Below are positions 49,773 through 62,221 of a stretch of DNA of 64,000 nucleotides, piece after piece. The stretch is from Paraphysomonas bandaiensis (taxonomy: Eukaryota; Protista; Chrysophyceae), in assembly GCA_965644295.1 (NCBI GenBank), contig CBFFRP010000373.1, positions 248,001 to 312,000 of the forward strand. Direction: 5' to 3'. Position numbers and translations under genes: made by a program. Numbering within the stretch: the first letter of the stretch is position 1; each line of letters opens with the position of its first letter. The notes under the pieces were generated by a model. It was not told the DNA's origin. It did not search any database and saw only the letters and a list, made by a program, of their open reading frames with translations.

Positions 49773-51105
49773 CAGGCTTGCGTAACAATTAATTGGTTTT
49801 AAAAGTGATAATTTCAATTATTATTATTGGTAAATGTTGCCAATTAATTGCAATTAATTGGCTGGCTAAATTATATATAGCATCTTACGATACTAGCTAC
49901 TGATCTTAGGTACACACCCATTATATGCTAGTATAGTAGTGTGGATTATGGATGTATGATGTGCAATGTGTACAGTCACGTTATTTATTAATCGTAATTA
50001 GGGTTAGTGTACACTTTAACCTCAGTATGCCAGAGTAATATATCATGTCAAAGATCGTTGGCAAAGAACAAACTGAGCACCTCCATAACGATGGTCTAGA
50101 TACATAGCATATAATGTGATAGCATATTCAACTGCTTCGAAATATTCAAGTATATAGTAGTAGTGTAAATAATGACGTTGTCCGTTAAGTACCACTATCA
50201 GAGGAGGATCCGTAGTGTGTGTGTACAACAATAATAATAATGGACTAGAAGCATTATTGGATAGCCATACTTATCATTCTTATTTCTTCATCAGGATGGC
50301 ATTGAATGAATTTGATTATTTAATTCGTCAGTACCCTGGGATGAAATTTCACCTGGGTGCAGACGCAGAAATTGTTCAAAATGCAGATTTCGAGAGAGAA
50401 GTAGTCAAAATTCAGCGCGGTAGAGAGGAAGAACTGAACCGCGCTGAAAAAGCGCAGGTGCGACGCTTTTTGATAAATGCTGTACCTGCACACGAAGGTG
50501 AACCTGATGAAGAGAAAGATGAGTAGGAGGACGACGAGGCCATTCGTTTACTTAAAGACAACCGAAAGCGCCAAAAAGCACGCATCAAACTTCCAACACG
50601 ATATCGCTGCATAAAGTATTTGTATAGCACTACAAATGTTTGCGAGAGGTTGTTTAGCAGAGCTGAGATTGTTATGTCTATATATATGCAAGAGAATGGC
50701 ACCTAAAGTAAACAATATGCAAACGTGGGAAATTATCAGAAATTTGGGAAATTCTAGTAGATTTTACTAGACTTTTAAGAATTGTTGTAGAATGGTTCTA
50801 AAAGTGCTTGAATGCAATAGTATAGTGTTAATAATTATTTTTATTAATATTTAGGTCCTATAGGACACACCAACAGCAGTAGTAGACACCTTGAAATGTT
50901 GAATTTTCTGCGTGAAATTATTAATGTTTCTTTGGGATGAGATTATAGTTGAGTAAGTAATTCAATAGAACCAAAGGCAATAAACTGGCAATTATTGCTA
51001 ATTAATTGCATTTTGCCAATAATTGGATGCTTGATTAATGATTGCAATTATTATTGGTAGACACCTGTCACCAATTAATTGCCAATTAATTGTTACGCAA
51101 GCCTG
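49773..51105 (+). mobile_element. Internally deleted hAT transposon
   Basis: 24-bp TIR CAGGCTTGCGTAACAATTAATTGG. Perfect 8-bp TSD CTAGCTAT. Transposase C-terminal remnant (STTNVCERLFSRA...MAPRHLEML). Subterminal CAATTAATTG repeats. Confidence 0.93.
50706..50884 (-). mobile_element. One-ended fragment (right end) of the DUF7869/Myb transposon inside the hAT
   Basis: Reverse complement of ~39161-39324. Removal restores hAT CCT AGA CAC CTT GAA ATG. Confidence 0.88.
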
Positions 51106-52680
51106 CTAGCTATATCTCGTATCTTTCTTACAGAGTTTGCAGTGGTTTAATATATTTACGTTATCGCTTTATGTTTCGCAATAATATTACTTAGTTTTCA
51201 GTTTATCTGAATTTTAGTAGGAGTGTTACTTAATTAGCAAATTACCGTGTTATGAACAATACAACATAATATACATTTTACATTATATTATATTTAAATA
51301 CCTTAAGGTGTTGAGTTATTCATTTTGTAGGCAATTAAAGATGCATTTTAAGGTATTTGAATTATGACCATGACATAATATTATACCTACCGAATACAGT
51401 GTACTTGTAAACAGTATCATAATAATATATATGAACTACTAATGACATGATATATATATATATCGACTGTTTAAGTTCGTGATTACCTAAGTCTACAATA
51501 GTTCTGACTCGTACACGCCTATATTGCTAATAATAAGATAATAAGACAATATCATTCACTACGATCTAAGTATAAGAAAATATTGTTGATTTGTAGTGAG
51601 AGATGACATAAATTTAGTGAATGACAATCAATGATGAGAGTTGCTGATCACTGTTTTTTATAATTTCTATTCATTTATTTACTTCAACCCTCTGCTGAGT
51701 TTTTATACTAAATTAGAAAGGACGTAGAAGAGAGTTCAACGTTTGATGAGTGTGTGGAAAGAGTTGTTACTAGCTGGACTAAATGTTTCAACTTGTAGAA
51801 GTAAAAAACGAACATTTAAGCCTAAAGCTAAGAGCTGCTTTAACAATTAGATCCATTCTTTGAAATCCATTGCTATCAAAAGAAGACCTTGGAAAAGAGT
51901 ATGAGTGGTAAAACACGTCTTTATGACCACAGTACAACAGTCAGTTCCGCTAATTTTTATCAGAAATTGACATTTTTGATGGTTTAAACTAGTTTACTCA
52001 ACGCTGAACTAAATAATTGTGAAATATATTTCTTATCATCATTCATTGTCACAATGATTTTTACGATCTTAGGTGAACACGATTTTACGCAGTCATATTA
52101 AGTAAGTTTTTGTCTAAAAAGTAAAAGTTCTAAAAAGTTATGATTTTAAAACCATTAAATGCAGCTTTCCAATATTAGAAGGCTGGGTGTGAAACCTACA
52201 TTTTAAAGCAAAAAATATCCCAATAACATGTATGTAATAGAACTTATCCTATAATATATAAGGTTATAAACAAATATTTAAAGGTTTGCTGCAATAACAT
52301 GTTATATATATATTACTTAAGTTTTTTGTTTATAACCAGCGGTAGCGCGTTTAACAATTTGTTTAACAAATCTAAATATTAGTGCGAACATACTTTTCTA
52401 TATCAATATAATATATTGCTTACTAATAAGCAACACTACTTGACACCACCTCTCAATTCAAAATTCATACAACGAGACATAACGCACGAATTTTCTGTAA
52501 TAACTTTTGTTGAACTTTTCTTTCAATTCTTCCTTATGTGACTCTAAAACCTCAAAAGGCAGCTATATCAACTGCTTACGAACGCTGTAAAAAACACACT
52601 CTGCTATATATATGATGATATATTATATATATAATATATATTATGTATGTATAATATTATTACATTGTGTAATTAATGTG

Positions 52681-53056
52681 CAGTGAATGTGTTATATTAT
52701 TAGCAAGAGGCATTTATTAAGAGTCAGTGCTTAACTCTGATGTATCCTACTATTTAACGCTACGGAAGCTGCTTATATGTGTCACCACAAGTGCATCCAC
52801 TTTCGCTCTCTGTCCTTATGACGAACAGCCCAGGTGCTTGACTTCAGCAGGCAGCCTGATACCCCGGATGTCTGTTTATTCGTCAAGGCCCAAAGAAGAC
52901 GTCTACACAAGTGCATCACACAAGCATTAGGCTATGAGTGGGCAAAATATTATCTGCTGACTATATATATGCGGCTCACGTTAGTTTCCCGTAAAAATAT
53001 CCGGTACTTATCCCCCAGAACACCACGAAAAGGTGCATGGCCGACTTTGTTGAGGG
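52681..53056 (-). mobile_element. Ribozyme-headed retroposon, internally deleted
   Basis: 11-bp TSD TAATTAATGTG (52670-52680, 53057-53067). 5' end CCCTCAAC. Confidence 0.82.
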
Positions 53057-53242
53057 TAATTAATGTGGGTTATAATATAGTGTGCAATATGCAATAGTAA
53101 GTGAAACCAACATGCAGCACTGAAGGGTGAATTTAGTTACAAGGGAAGTAAATTTAGATACATACATATATAATATATGTCTATATATATAAGGATATTA
53201 TAAAGTATATATATGGGGGGTGGGATGAACTGGTAAACATAC

Positions 53243-54090
53243 ATATATTGTATATGAAAATCTTATTATTAGCAATAAGTGTCAATAATCACCACCAGAT
53301 ACCAGATACCAGATAAGTAGTTAGATGAAAACTAGTCAAGCTAGATAAACTTCTACGAGCAACTAACTATAGTGCAAACTCTACTATCCTACTACTATGT
53401 ATCACTACAAAAGCTATTTGTGCGTTGCTGCAAGCACCAAGGTGCGACAACTTCCGTTCTTGTATGTGAGGGAGAAGATCTCTATGGACGTGAGTCCTTG
53501 CAGTACAGATGAGATTGGTCTGGGGGCACCCCTTGTGGTTTCCTCTACAGGATTTTGTGGAGACATAGGATTCTGAAATTGTGAGTCGAGTGTTCCTAAC
53601 CTATGAGACATGTGGGCAAGGTGGTGGATTGGGACTCCTGCATGTCTTGAACTGGCGCGGGAATGAGGCGAAGGAATAGCTGACGGAAGTAGCACCGTGG
53701 CATTTTCGCTGGTGCGGAGATATAGTGGAAGAGGGAAACGTGTGGGGTGAGCTAGGGTTCTTCGATGCATCTAATAAGGTTTCCGCCGTGTGTTGCTACG
53801 TTTCAATTGTGTGTTACTACGTTTCAATTGCGCTCTGGGGGGATGTCTATGTGGCCCCTAGGGTGTGGTAACGTGACGACAACTGCGATCTTGAATCAAG
53901 CGTATTGAGGAGATGTTAATATTTAATATGTGCGTCGCCGTCTGATCACCAGGTCTAACAAAAAGCACTGGTGCAGTATTGAACGGACCGGTCGGAAGAT
54001 GGATATCATATCTGCTTATTAGTAGATAAGTATCAATACCAAGTGCAGTACATTAGTATCAGTTCACCATGTGGTGCTGGGTCTGTCGAT
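53243..54090 (-). mobile_element. Probable 5'-truncated LINE whose 3' ~210 bp match the retroposon 3' end
   Basis: 53243-53460 matches the retroposon 3' portion and tail. The upstream (higher-coordinate) sequence is different and has the C/A-rich sense composition seen in the LINE at 60-62 kb. Upper boundary approximate. Confidence 0.5.
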
Positions 54091-55588
54091 GATAGTTAAC
54101 TATTAACTATATAGGCATAATATAATAGCATTAAAGTGTGAATATGACTACCTTGTCGATTGTGATTGCGATAGTAAATGTAAGCATCGAGGAGAACTTA
54201 TGAAATATATTGCTTATATATATCTGCTGCGAGCGCAAGCACGATTCATCTGAGTAGTCAAACGAGCCGTAGACTACTAGCTATTTTCAAGCATATTAAT
54301 CAAACTGCGGCATCCTGACATCAAAAATCGACATGCACTACAGACGACAAGAAGAGTTTCTTAACCAAATAGGAACATCCTTAAATACCTGACATGTGCA
54401 CAGCAGTATTGTTTCCCCTATTTATCAGACTTCAGACACAACTTTCTTCTCACCACCCACTTCTGAGAACTGCGCCTACAAATTGGCCAAGCGCTGCTCA
54501 TTCTTCTTACGCTTATACTTATCGCTGTCTCAGATTGTCGCCACGCTTTCTATCCATAAGTTTCTTCATATAAACGCTAAGAAAGGACGAAAGTGATGAC
54601 GTAACCACAAAGTTTGCTTTATTCCTTCTTCTCGACCTATCCTCCACTTTTTCGACTTAGTCAAGGGAAATTCTGTATATACCGGTGCTGTATGAGATTT
54701 TTTTCGATTAACCGACCTTCACCTAGCACCAACACTCACCACAAGAGTTTCTGATAGTCCACACCGGAACGATAAAACTAATTACTCCGGCACCATCCAT
54801 TTCCTTCTCCAATATTCATGGTTGTGGTTCATAAAGGAGCTTCTGAAAATCCTTCGTTGTCTATGGATTCTGGCATGCCTCCAGCCTGCTTGAAGTGTTC
54901 ACCCCTCATTTTCTTTTCTTTCCAAGTCTGAACAATCTTTTTATTTAGCCAACAATAGTCAGCACATATTTGAGATGCACAAACATCTTCTAGTGTCATG
55001 AAAGGAGCTATATTCTCCTCTCATCAATCGGAAGAGATGCCCATTCTTTTCCTTCGCAATGGGTGCCGCTGTTTCATCTACTTCTGTCCTGCTGTCCACA
55101 CAGACGACAAAGAAATATCTCAAGGCTTGAGAATAGTTCCTGACATTGTTACGCAATGCAAGAACAGCTCCAATACTGTGTCTGTAAACTGAAGACTTTT
55201 CAATGATGGCTTTGAATTTGGTTGCTTGTGTGGGTACCACAGCCAAGGACTTACAGGTGGAAATCCCTGTCGCTCAAGAGCCAAAGCACATCGTTATCGA
55301 TAGCACCGGCTTAAAAAAGGAAGAATTCCTTGTGCTGTGTACCGTATACCCGTATACACAACTACTACAGCGTATCAGTACGTTACTTTTTCCTTTTGAA
55401 AAGAGATTTTTTTCTCTCCTCCTCCATGAGACGCAGTGCGATACAGTGACAATAAAGAGCAGTTTTACATGTGCCTGCATTGACTACTAAAAACTGACCA
55501 ACAAAATACTGGAACATATACTACTTTCCAAGTTGTTGTGAAACAAATATTGTTGCGTTCGTGTAGTATAGCGTGTAAAGTAATCACA

Positions 55589-56794
55589 ATGGCTGACGCA
55601 AAGGAGCAGGCTCGTTTGAAAATGAAGGCAGATGCTAATTTCCAGCGAAATTTGCGGTTCAAAGATTCCAGATTGCGTACAATCGGAGTTGATGTGAATG
55701 CTCTAAATATGCAAGTAGCAGAAAAAAAACGTATAAAGGAGGAAGAAATAGAAGCCGCTAAAATCGAACGTAAACTCTCTATTCTCGTCAAGTACCATGT
55801 CACTCTCTCTTCTGTTATATAGGAATGCGAAACGAGGAAATCGAGTCTGTTCTCGAAGCGGTGGCACAAGAAGAAAGGCATTTACGCGCACTACAAACTG
55901 CTGATATCAAAAAAGGGTGGGATGAGCAGATAAAAATGAAAAGACAAGCCAAATCTGATGGCAGAGCTAAAGAAATAGATGATTTTCATAATGTGCCCAC
56001 TATGCAGTTCGCTGGTGAAGATAGACTTCATGATGAAAGAAAAAAGGCCCAACAAGAACAAATGCGGCGATGGACTCAAGAAGATATTGATATGAGAGCT
56101 TACAACCTTGCAAAAGAAAAGGAAGAAGACATGGCTCGAGCTGAACTGAATCGTGCCATAGATGAGTTCAGAGAACAACAAGCTCGAGAAGAAGCGATCA
56201 TGCGAAAAGAGTTAACTCGGCAAATTCTCGCAGAGAATAGTGAGGTGAACGCCTTTGTATACTTTATTTTGAGATTACGTTTGATTTTTGTCTTTTAGTT
56301 GGCCGAGATTCGTGCAAAGTTACGAGAGGAAGAAAGATCTGCTAATGACAAGGATCTGAATAATTCTATTGTGCTCGATGCCGACGCGGTGCTCGATGAG
56401 AATGGATATGTTGTCGGAAAGGATGGCTTTCGAGGTTACACACCTGGACAGCGAAGACAAATTTTATTGGAGAATGAAGAGCTCATCAGATTAAAAAGGT
56501 ACCTGCGTAATGCATGTTATAATGTAACTTAGATCACTATTATTAAGGGAACAAAAGGAAAAAGAGCGATTGGAGGAGGAGAACTGGTATCGCGAATCGA
56601 TACGATTACAACGCGTCATGGCACAAGCTGAGGTGGAGGAACGCAGTATGCGCGCAGCTCTACAGGAAGAGCAGATGGCAACGCTCAGAGAGCAAGTTCA
56701 TGAAAAACAGGAGAGGAGAAATAAGGAAAAAGAAGATCTTTATGGCAAGATTTCGGGTGACTTTTATTCGAAATTCGGAACATCGTGTCGTTAG
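55589..56794 (+). CDS. RIB43A: RIB43A-like ciliary microtubule inner protein. Exons 55589-55769, 55823-56244, 56299-56498, 56548-56794
   Basis: R.RTIGVDV.AL..QV.EK, QFAGED....R.K.QQEQMR.W, D.FRGYT..Q, and C-terminal FYSKFGTSCR. Introns of 49-54 nt. Confidence 0.88.
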
Positions 56795-58799
56795 GTTCAT
56801 TGAACCACAATAAAAGCTTTGGTTTATGATATTGTGTTGGTAAAAGTGTGAGCCCTACTATTAGCGGGTTTTTAATTTCTGCATCATAATGTGTTTCATG
56901 AGTTCGTACACGCGTGTTAACAGGAATAAATAATCGAGATGTTTTGATATGTTTGGTTTTTGTTGTTAACTTGAAGTTGTGAGTCGTAGATACGCTAAGA
57001 TCATATCTAACCTCTTGAAACTATCGTATGCGTCCACAGCTTTCTTCCCCTCCATAATACACCATGGCTAGTGTTCACATTTCAGACTAGGTTGGCTTCA
57101 GCTTTGGCAGATTATATTTATATACAAGCAACATACTCCTAGAAGCATCTGTCCTAGACGACGGAAATCCCCCCTTACCAAACTCAACCCGTAAATCCTA
57201 TACCTGCTTCGAGTCTCATTCACGACAAGGCTCCCCTTAATCATGTTTTGTGTTGCACTATATATTAAAGTAACAATTAAGATTCTAATGTAGGCCGTAT
57301 TACTTACAATGAATAATACAGCAAAATACATATAGTTTAGTTAGAATTAATATTAGGTAAAAACTGATTTACTAAGATAGGGGTTAGCGGTTAGTGTGTT
57401 GGAATACGTATGTTTCTCTACGATAGTACTCTAGAATACGTTAAATACAATGAGAAAACAGTAATACGTAGTCAAAGATACTATATAGCTATAACTGTGA
57501 AACTGAAGTATTGTATTATGACAAGTCAAGATACGGAAGTTGAGCAGTGGATGACATGAACGAAATAAATAATCTTGTTATTGACATGTTTTACATGACA
57601 ACACAATTATTGTGTATGCAATATATTATAATAAAAAAGTCTGTCTAGTTTGATTACAATAAATTTCTCGTAACGATCTAAATTGTGAAAAATGACCAAT
57701 ATAGTCAATATAGTGTGTGAAGATTTACACTACTAGCCGTAAATGTTTGAATGTGAATGGTACAACTTGAAGTGCGTAATAGAGTACAATATATACGTAT
57801 ATCGTAGTTAGAATGGATATGGACGTGTGCACATACCTGCACACACCATTTTTATTCTTGGAATAGCTCGTGTGATCTTCCTAAACTTAATTTGACCCTT
57901 AGCTCGCGGTCATACCTTCGACACATACTTATATATATATAGTGACTATTTTATTGAAAAGTTCATCACTTTCTTCTTCGTAGTATATAATGACCCTATC
58001 TGTAAATCGACTTTTAGCGGCATTGATTCATAAATCGGGGTCCCCTAATTCCGCCATTTATTGAATAATACCGTTGAGCTATTTTGTTAAATTTTGGAGC
58101 TAATTCTCAACTCCTTTTGGAGGTACTGTGCTTCACCTCGAAACCGCTCAGTAAACATAAATATCAGGTCACTGGCCATCCGGTTGACCACACCAAACTG
58201 ATGAATCTTAGGTAGCTGTTTCAGTAACCCCAATTCTCACCCGCTACCATATCCGAAATGAACATATAGAGATATGAATTAAAGTAAATATAGTAACTGA
58301 CAGAGGCACTTATTGTCAGTTATTGAAATTGGGACATTAAATCATCATAACAACTTATTCAACAATTAATTGATCAAAAAATACCATCTCTTTACACTGA
58401 ATAGTTGTTAAAATATTTTTGTTGCAAAAATCCAATTTTTAAGATAATAATCAAAGATTGATGAAAGAATATTATGATGACATAATAGTTCTTTTAATAT
58501 TGGCGATATGAGCGATAAAAGCTGGTATGAGAAGTCATTGCACGATTGTTCTTCGAGAAAATAATGATAATAACGAATAGATTAATAGATAATAAATAAT
58601 GATGATAAATTAATAGAGATTTATTTGGCAATAATATGGCGAGAGTGTCCTGAAGGAAAAAGTTTTCTCAAGTGAAAGAAGGGTTACCGTATGGGTCCCT
58701 CAACAAAGTCGGACTCGCACCTTTTCGTAATGTTCTGGGGAATAAGTACCGGAGAGATTCTCTCTTGGAAAGAAATGCCGCAAACATAGTCTGCATATA

Positions 58800-58886
58800 C
58801 CCTCAACAAAGTCGGACTCGCACCTTTTCGTGGTGTTTTGGGGGATAAGTACCGGAGTTATTTCTCTGGGAAACTAACGTGAGTCG
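58800..58886 (+). ncRNA. Putative HDV-like self-cleaving ribozyme (L1Tc/ingi Pr77-like); best-preserved copy
   Basis: P2 GACUCGC/GUGAGUC; P3 ACC/GGU; L3 UUUUCGU; P1 CCCUCAAC/GUUUUGGG (interrupted); P4 CCGGAG/CUCUGG; J4/2 CUAA with candidate catalytic C58874. Confidence 0.65.
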
Positions 58887-59284
58887 CAAACATAGTCAGC
58901 GAATATTCTTCTGCCCACTCATAGCCGAATGCTTGTGTGGTACAAGGGACACCAATAAGTGTCACTTGTGTAGACGTCTTCGGGCCCTGACGAATAAACA
59001 GGCATCCGGGACAGGGCCCACATGAAGGGTAACCGGGGTATTGGGCTGCCTGCTGAAGTCAAGCATCCGGGATGTTCACCTTAAGAACTCAGAGCGGAAG
59101 TGGTCGCACCTTGGTGCTTGCGGCGACGCACAAGCAGCTTCCGTAGCGTTAAATAGTAGGATAAAAAACGTGTGTACTGATTAGTTACAGGTAGAGGTCT
59201 AACTAGTTTGTCTAGCATTCATCTAGCTACTAAGTTAGTGCAGAGGTTTTTAACGCCTATTGCCAATAATATGACTTTCAATAT
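58800..59284 (+). mobile_element. Full-length ribozyme-headed retroposon inserted into its own family's 5' end
   Basis: Perfect 14-bp TSD ATAGTCTGCATATA (58786-58799, 59285-59298). Confidence 0.9.
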
Positions 59285-60068
59285 ATAGTCTGCATATATT
59301 CATCTGCCCACTCATAGCCAAATGCTTGTGTGGTACAAGGGACACCAATAAGTGTCACTTGTGTAGACGTCCATGGGCAAGACTTGGTGTCCCCGATGAC
59401 ACTATCAAATGGCCAAGCGACCTCGACGATGGGGGTCGCACCTTCATCTGGACCCCACACATGGCCGACAACATCGATCCCCGATCACTCGAAGAACTGC
59501 TTGGCTCAGATGGCTCCTTTATCCAGCACCCTGACATGGGATTCTCCGCGGAGAGAGGGGTCACACACAAGGTGGAACTGAATCCACAGTTGCATGGATT
59601 GTCATCTTTGACATGATCCTATGCTGGTCTGACCTACATGATGATAGCCAAGATGAGGCGTACCAGATGACCTCTCCCAAATCACAACTTCCATTGAGGC
59701 CACTCAGCTCAAGGCCGACAAACTCTCATCCTTCTGCGCCTTCTCCGGAATGCAACTAAACATCCCCAATACTGAATGCATTGCCCTGGGAGCCCCATTT
59801 GCGGTGACGGCCATGTTAGAATCAAACCCACACATCATCATAAGAGACTGGAACTGGTGCCCACACCCCATCCCCATCCGAAGAACCACCAATTCCACCA
59901 AAAGTATCTCGGCGTACAACTTCCATTCTCAGTAAAGGACACTGACTCCCACAGCTGGTGCACCACCTACATAGCCACATCCACGGCAGTTCTACGATCC
60001 AAATGCGCGACACCTGACTGCAAGCTACTCGTCCTCAACACACAAATACTCCCGACCCTACTATAAGT

Positions 60069-60330
60069 AAGTAAACATTATGCAAACGTGGGAATTTACG
60101 ATATTTTGGGAAATTTAGGAGTATTTACAGTATTTAAGTAGAAATGTTAAAGAAACAATTCTATTTGTGGTATTAGGGTTAGAGACAACAAAAAATATTA
60201 ATTTTATTATAATTTTAAGTCTCATAGGATGTAACAGAAGCGCCTTTTTGCTTACCAGCAACCACGTTATCTGCCCTCATACTACCACTGTCAACCCATT
60301 GATCATCATGATGCCAGCAGTCATTGCCCT
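60069..60330 (-). mobile_element. Right arm of a second AAGTAAAC MITE copy, split by an inversion
   Basis: Near-identical to the reverse complement of 40240-40502. Confidence 0.9.
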
Positions 60331-62221
60331 AATAGTTCGTGGGGTGGATGTCGCCTGGAGTAGCTGGAGTACTTTTGGTGTCGGGTGGGTATCCTGGGGC
60401 TGGCGTTGCTTTGCGTGTGTCGGGACCGGTGTCGCCGGTGCCGTGTCTACGTTGTGGTGTCTGTGTTCCCTTTTGCGAAGCATGCGGAGCCCTCCATCAT
60501 ATAGGGGAAGTAGGATAGAGGCGATGAATTTTTCTAGGGCGAGGAATTGATGTTCGAGCAGTGAGCTGGATATGTGGCGTCCGAATGCGTCGGCCATTTG
60601 TGTGGCAGTAATGTGGCCGGTCCAGTAGCGCTCAACCTGGGGGGTGGTTGGGTTCCATGCGGCTTTGGCTAGTTTGGTTATGGCGGTGTAAAACCAGGGA
60701 TGGGGGAGCGTGCGTGTGCGAAGTTTGTCAAGCTTATTGTGGTGTGCTTGGTGGACATCTTCACGTATGTGAATGATGTCAGGGTGAGTGCAGGTGAGAA
60801 GCATGTGCGCCATGTTGTCTGTGGGGTGTGCACAGTCTGTGCATGAGGAAGCCGTTGTTGTGCGATCATGTCCGGATTTTCCTTTGGCTCGGTTTCTACC
60901 CATTGCATAGGATTTGTCCCATACGTGTGCCGTCTCGCGTATACGCTCTGCGAGGGGGATGTAGTGTTTGGAGGAGTTATGGGTACGGAGGGTATGTGTG
61001 GGAGCCTTGTTCCGCTGCGTGTCCAATACTGCGGGTCTCGCTTGGCCGTTTGTGCAGCATACATGATGCTATCTCGTCGGAGGGTGTATTGATGGAGGTC
61101 CCACTGGTGGTGGAGATCTGTAACGTCTCCTAGCATATAGAACCGAGGTCTGTGAGGAGGTGTGTATCGTATCTACGCCAGTGCCATTGACCCGTGGTGA
61201 AGAATTCTTCCAGTATGTGCGTAGCGTCAGTTGTGACAACACTGTAGTTGGAGGCTCCGAGCACTTTGTCTAGTGTCTTCCAATCGCCGCTGGCGGCGGT
61301 GTCAGCTATATAAATGCCGTGGTCAGTGTAGGTCCAGTTGCTTTGATCTTGTGTTCTACGTTCGGGGTGCGAGCGCGTCCATTGTATTGGACGCTGTTTA
61401 AGAGCTGTGGTGGCGAGGCATTCGTAAAATATTCCCTGGGGCTTTGTTCCGAGGGCGCGCCGTCTGTATGAGAGGGCCTCTTTGGTCCGCGTCTGTACCG
61501 CCTGGCAGTCAGTCCAGATTGGCACGGAAGAGTGGAGTACATTGGAGAATGTCAGTGCTGCTGACATTGCAAGGGTTTCGTAGGTGTATGCGTTGAGGCC
61601 AGGCGCTGTGTGCTGTGGTGCCGTAAGTTGTAGGATTTTGGTTTGTCTGTGACCCCAGGTGTTCTTGGGCGGGAGCCATACAATTGCAGCTCCTCCGTCG
61701 TGAGAATTGGGCTGTGTGTGGGTGTTGCCGAATAGGTGAGCAGGGTTGAGGTGTGTGCGTGTGAAGGATCCATCCGTGAAGATGGCTTTGTAAGCATATT
61801 TGTGATCATGGTACAGTTGTAGCTGTGATTGGACTTTGTCAATAGTAGCTCGGAATTGTGGCGTAGCTGGGGAGGGAGGCTGTATTCTGATGCCTAGTCG
61901 TTGCCCCCATTGTACCAGACTGGTGATGTACGTGTCAACGTCCTGGGGGGGGTGCTCGTAGCGTTGCAAGAGCGATATGGCCGCACTCTTGGGCTGTCCT
62001 CCGAGTGTGAGGGCTCGTTGAAGAGTATGCCATTTCTGAGAGTCTGGGCGTGGGTTGAAAATTTGCGCAGTCCAAGCCCTTTGTATTTCGGGGGAAGGTA
62101 GATAAGATCCGTGGGATATCCAGGGGGGAGACGGAGTATTTTCCTAGCGGCCTGCGCGAGTAGTTTGTCTATATGGCGATGTATTTAGCATATGTCCAGG
62201 ATGCTTTGGTGGCCTTGTATA

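Larger units (their letters stand above)
58697..62221 (+). mobile_element. Rearranged non-LTR retrotransposon: ribozyme-type 5' end (58697-58799 + 59299-59371), RT (59372-60064, +), inverted 3' part with RNase H and Zn finger (60331-62221, -)
   Basis: RT motifs RGVTQGG...IFD, a frameshifted Y(A)DD, KYLGV. The minus-strand part continues LYKATKASW...GLGL. RNase H IFTDGS/YETLA/WTDCQ/RSHPE/ADTAA. CTDC...HMLLTC. Confidence 0.85.

Noticed and set aside
54300-55430. Possible gene divergent from RIB43A
   Set aside because: No consistent spliced frame or domain could be built.
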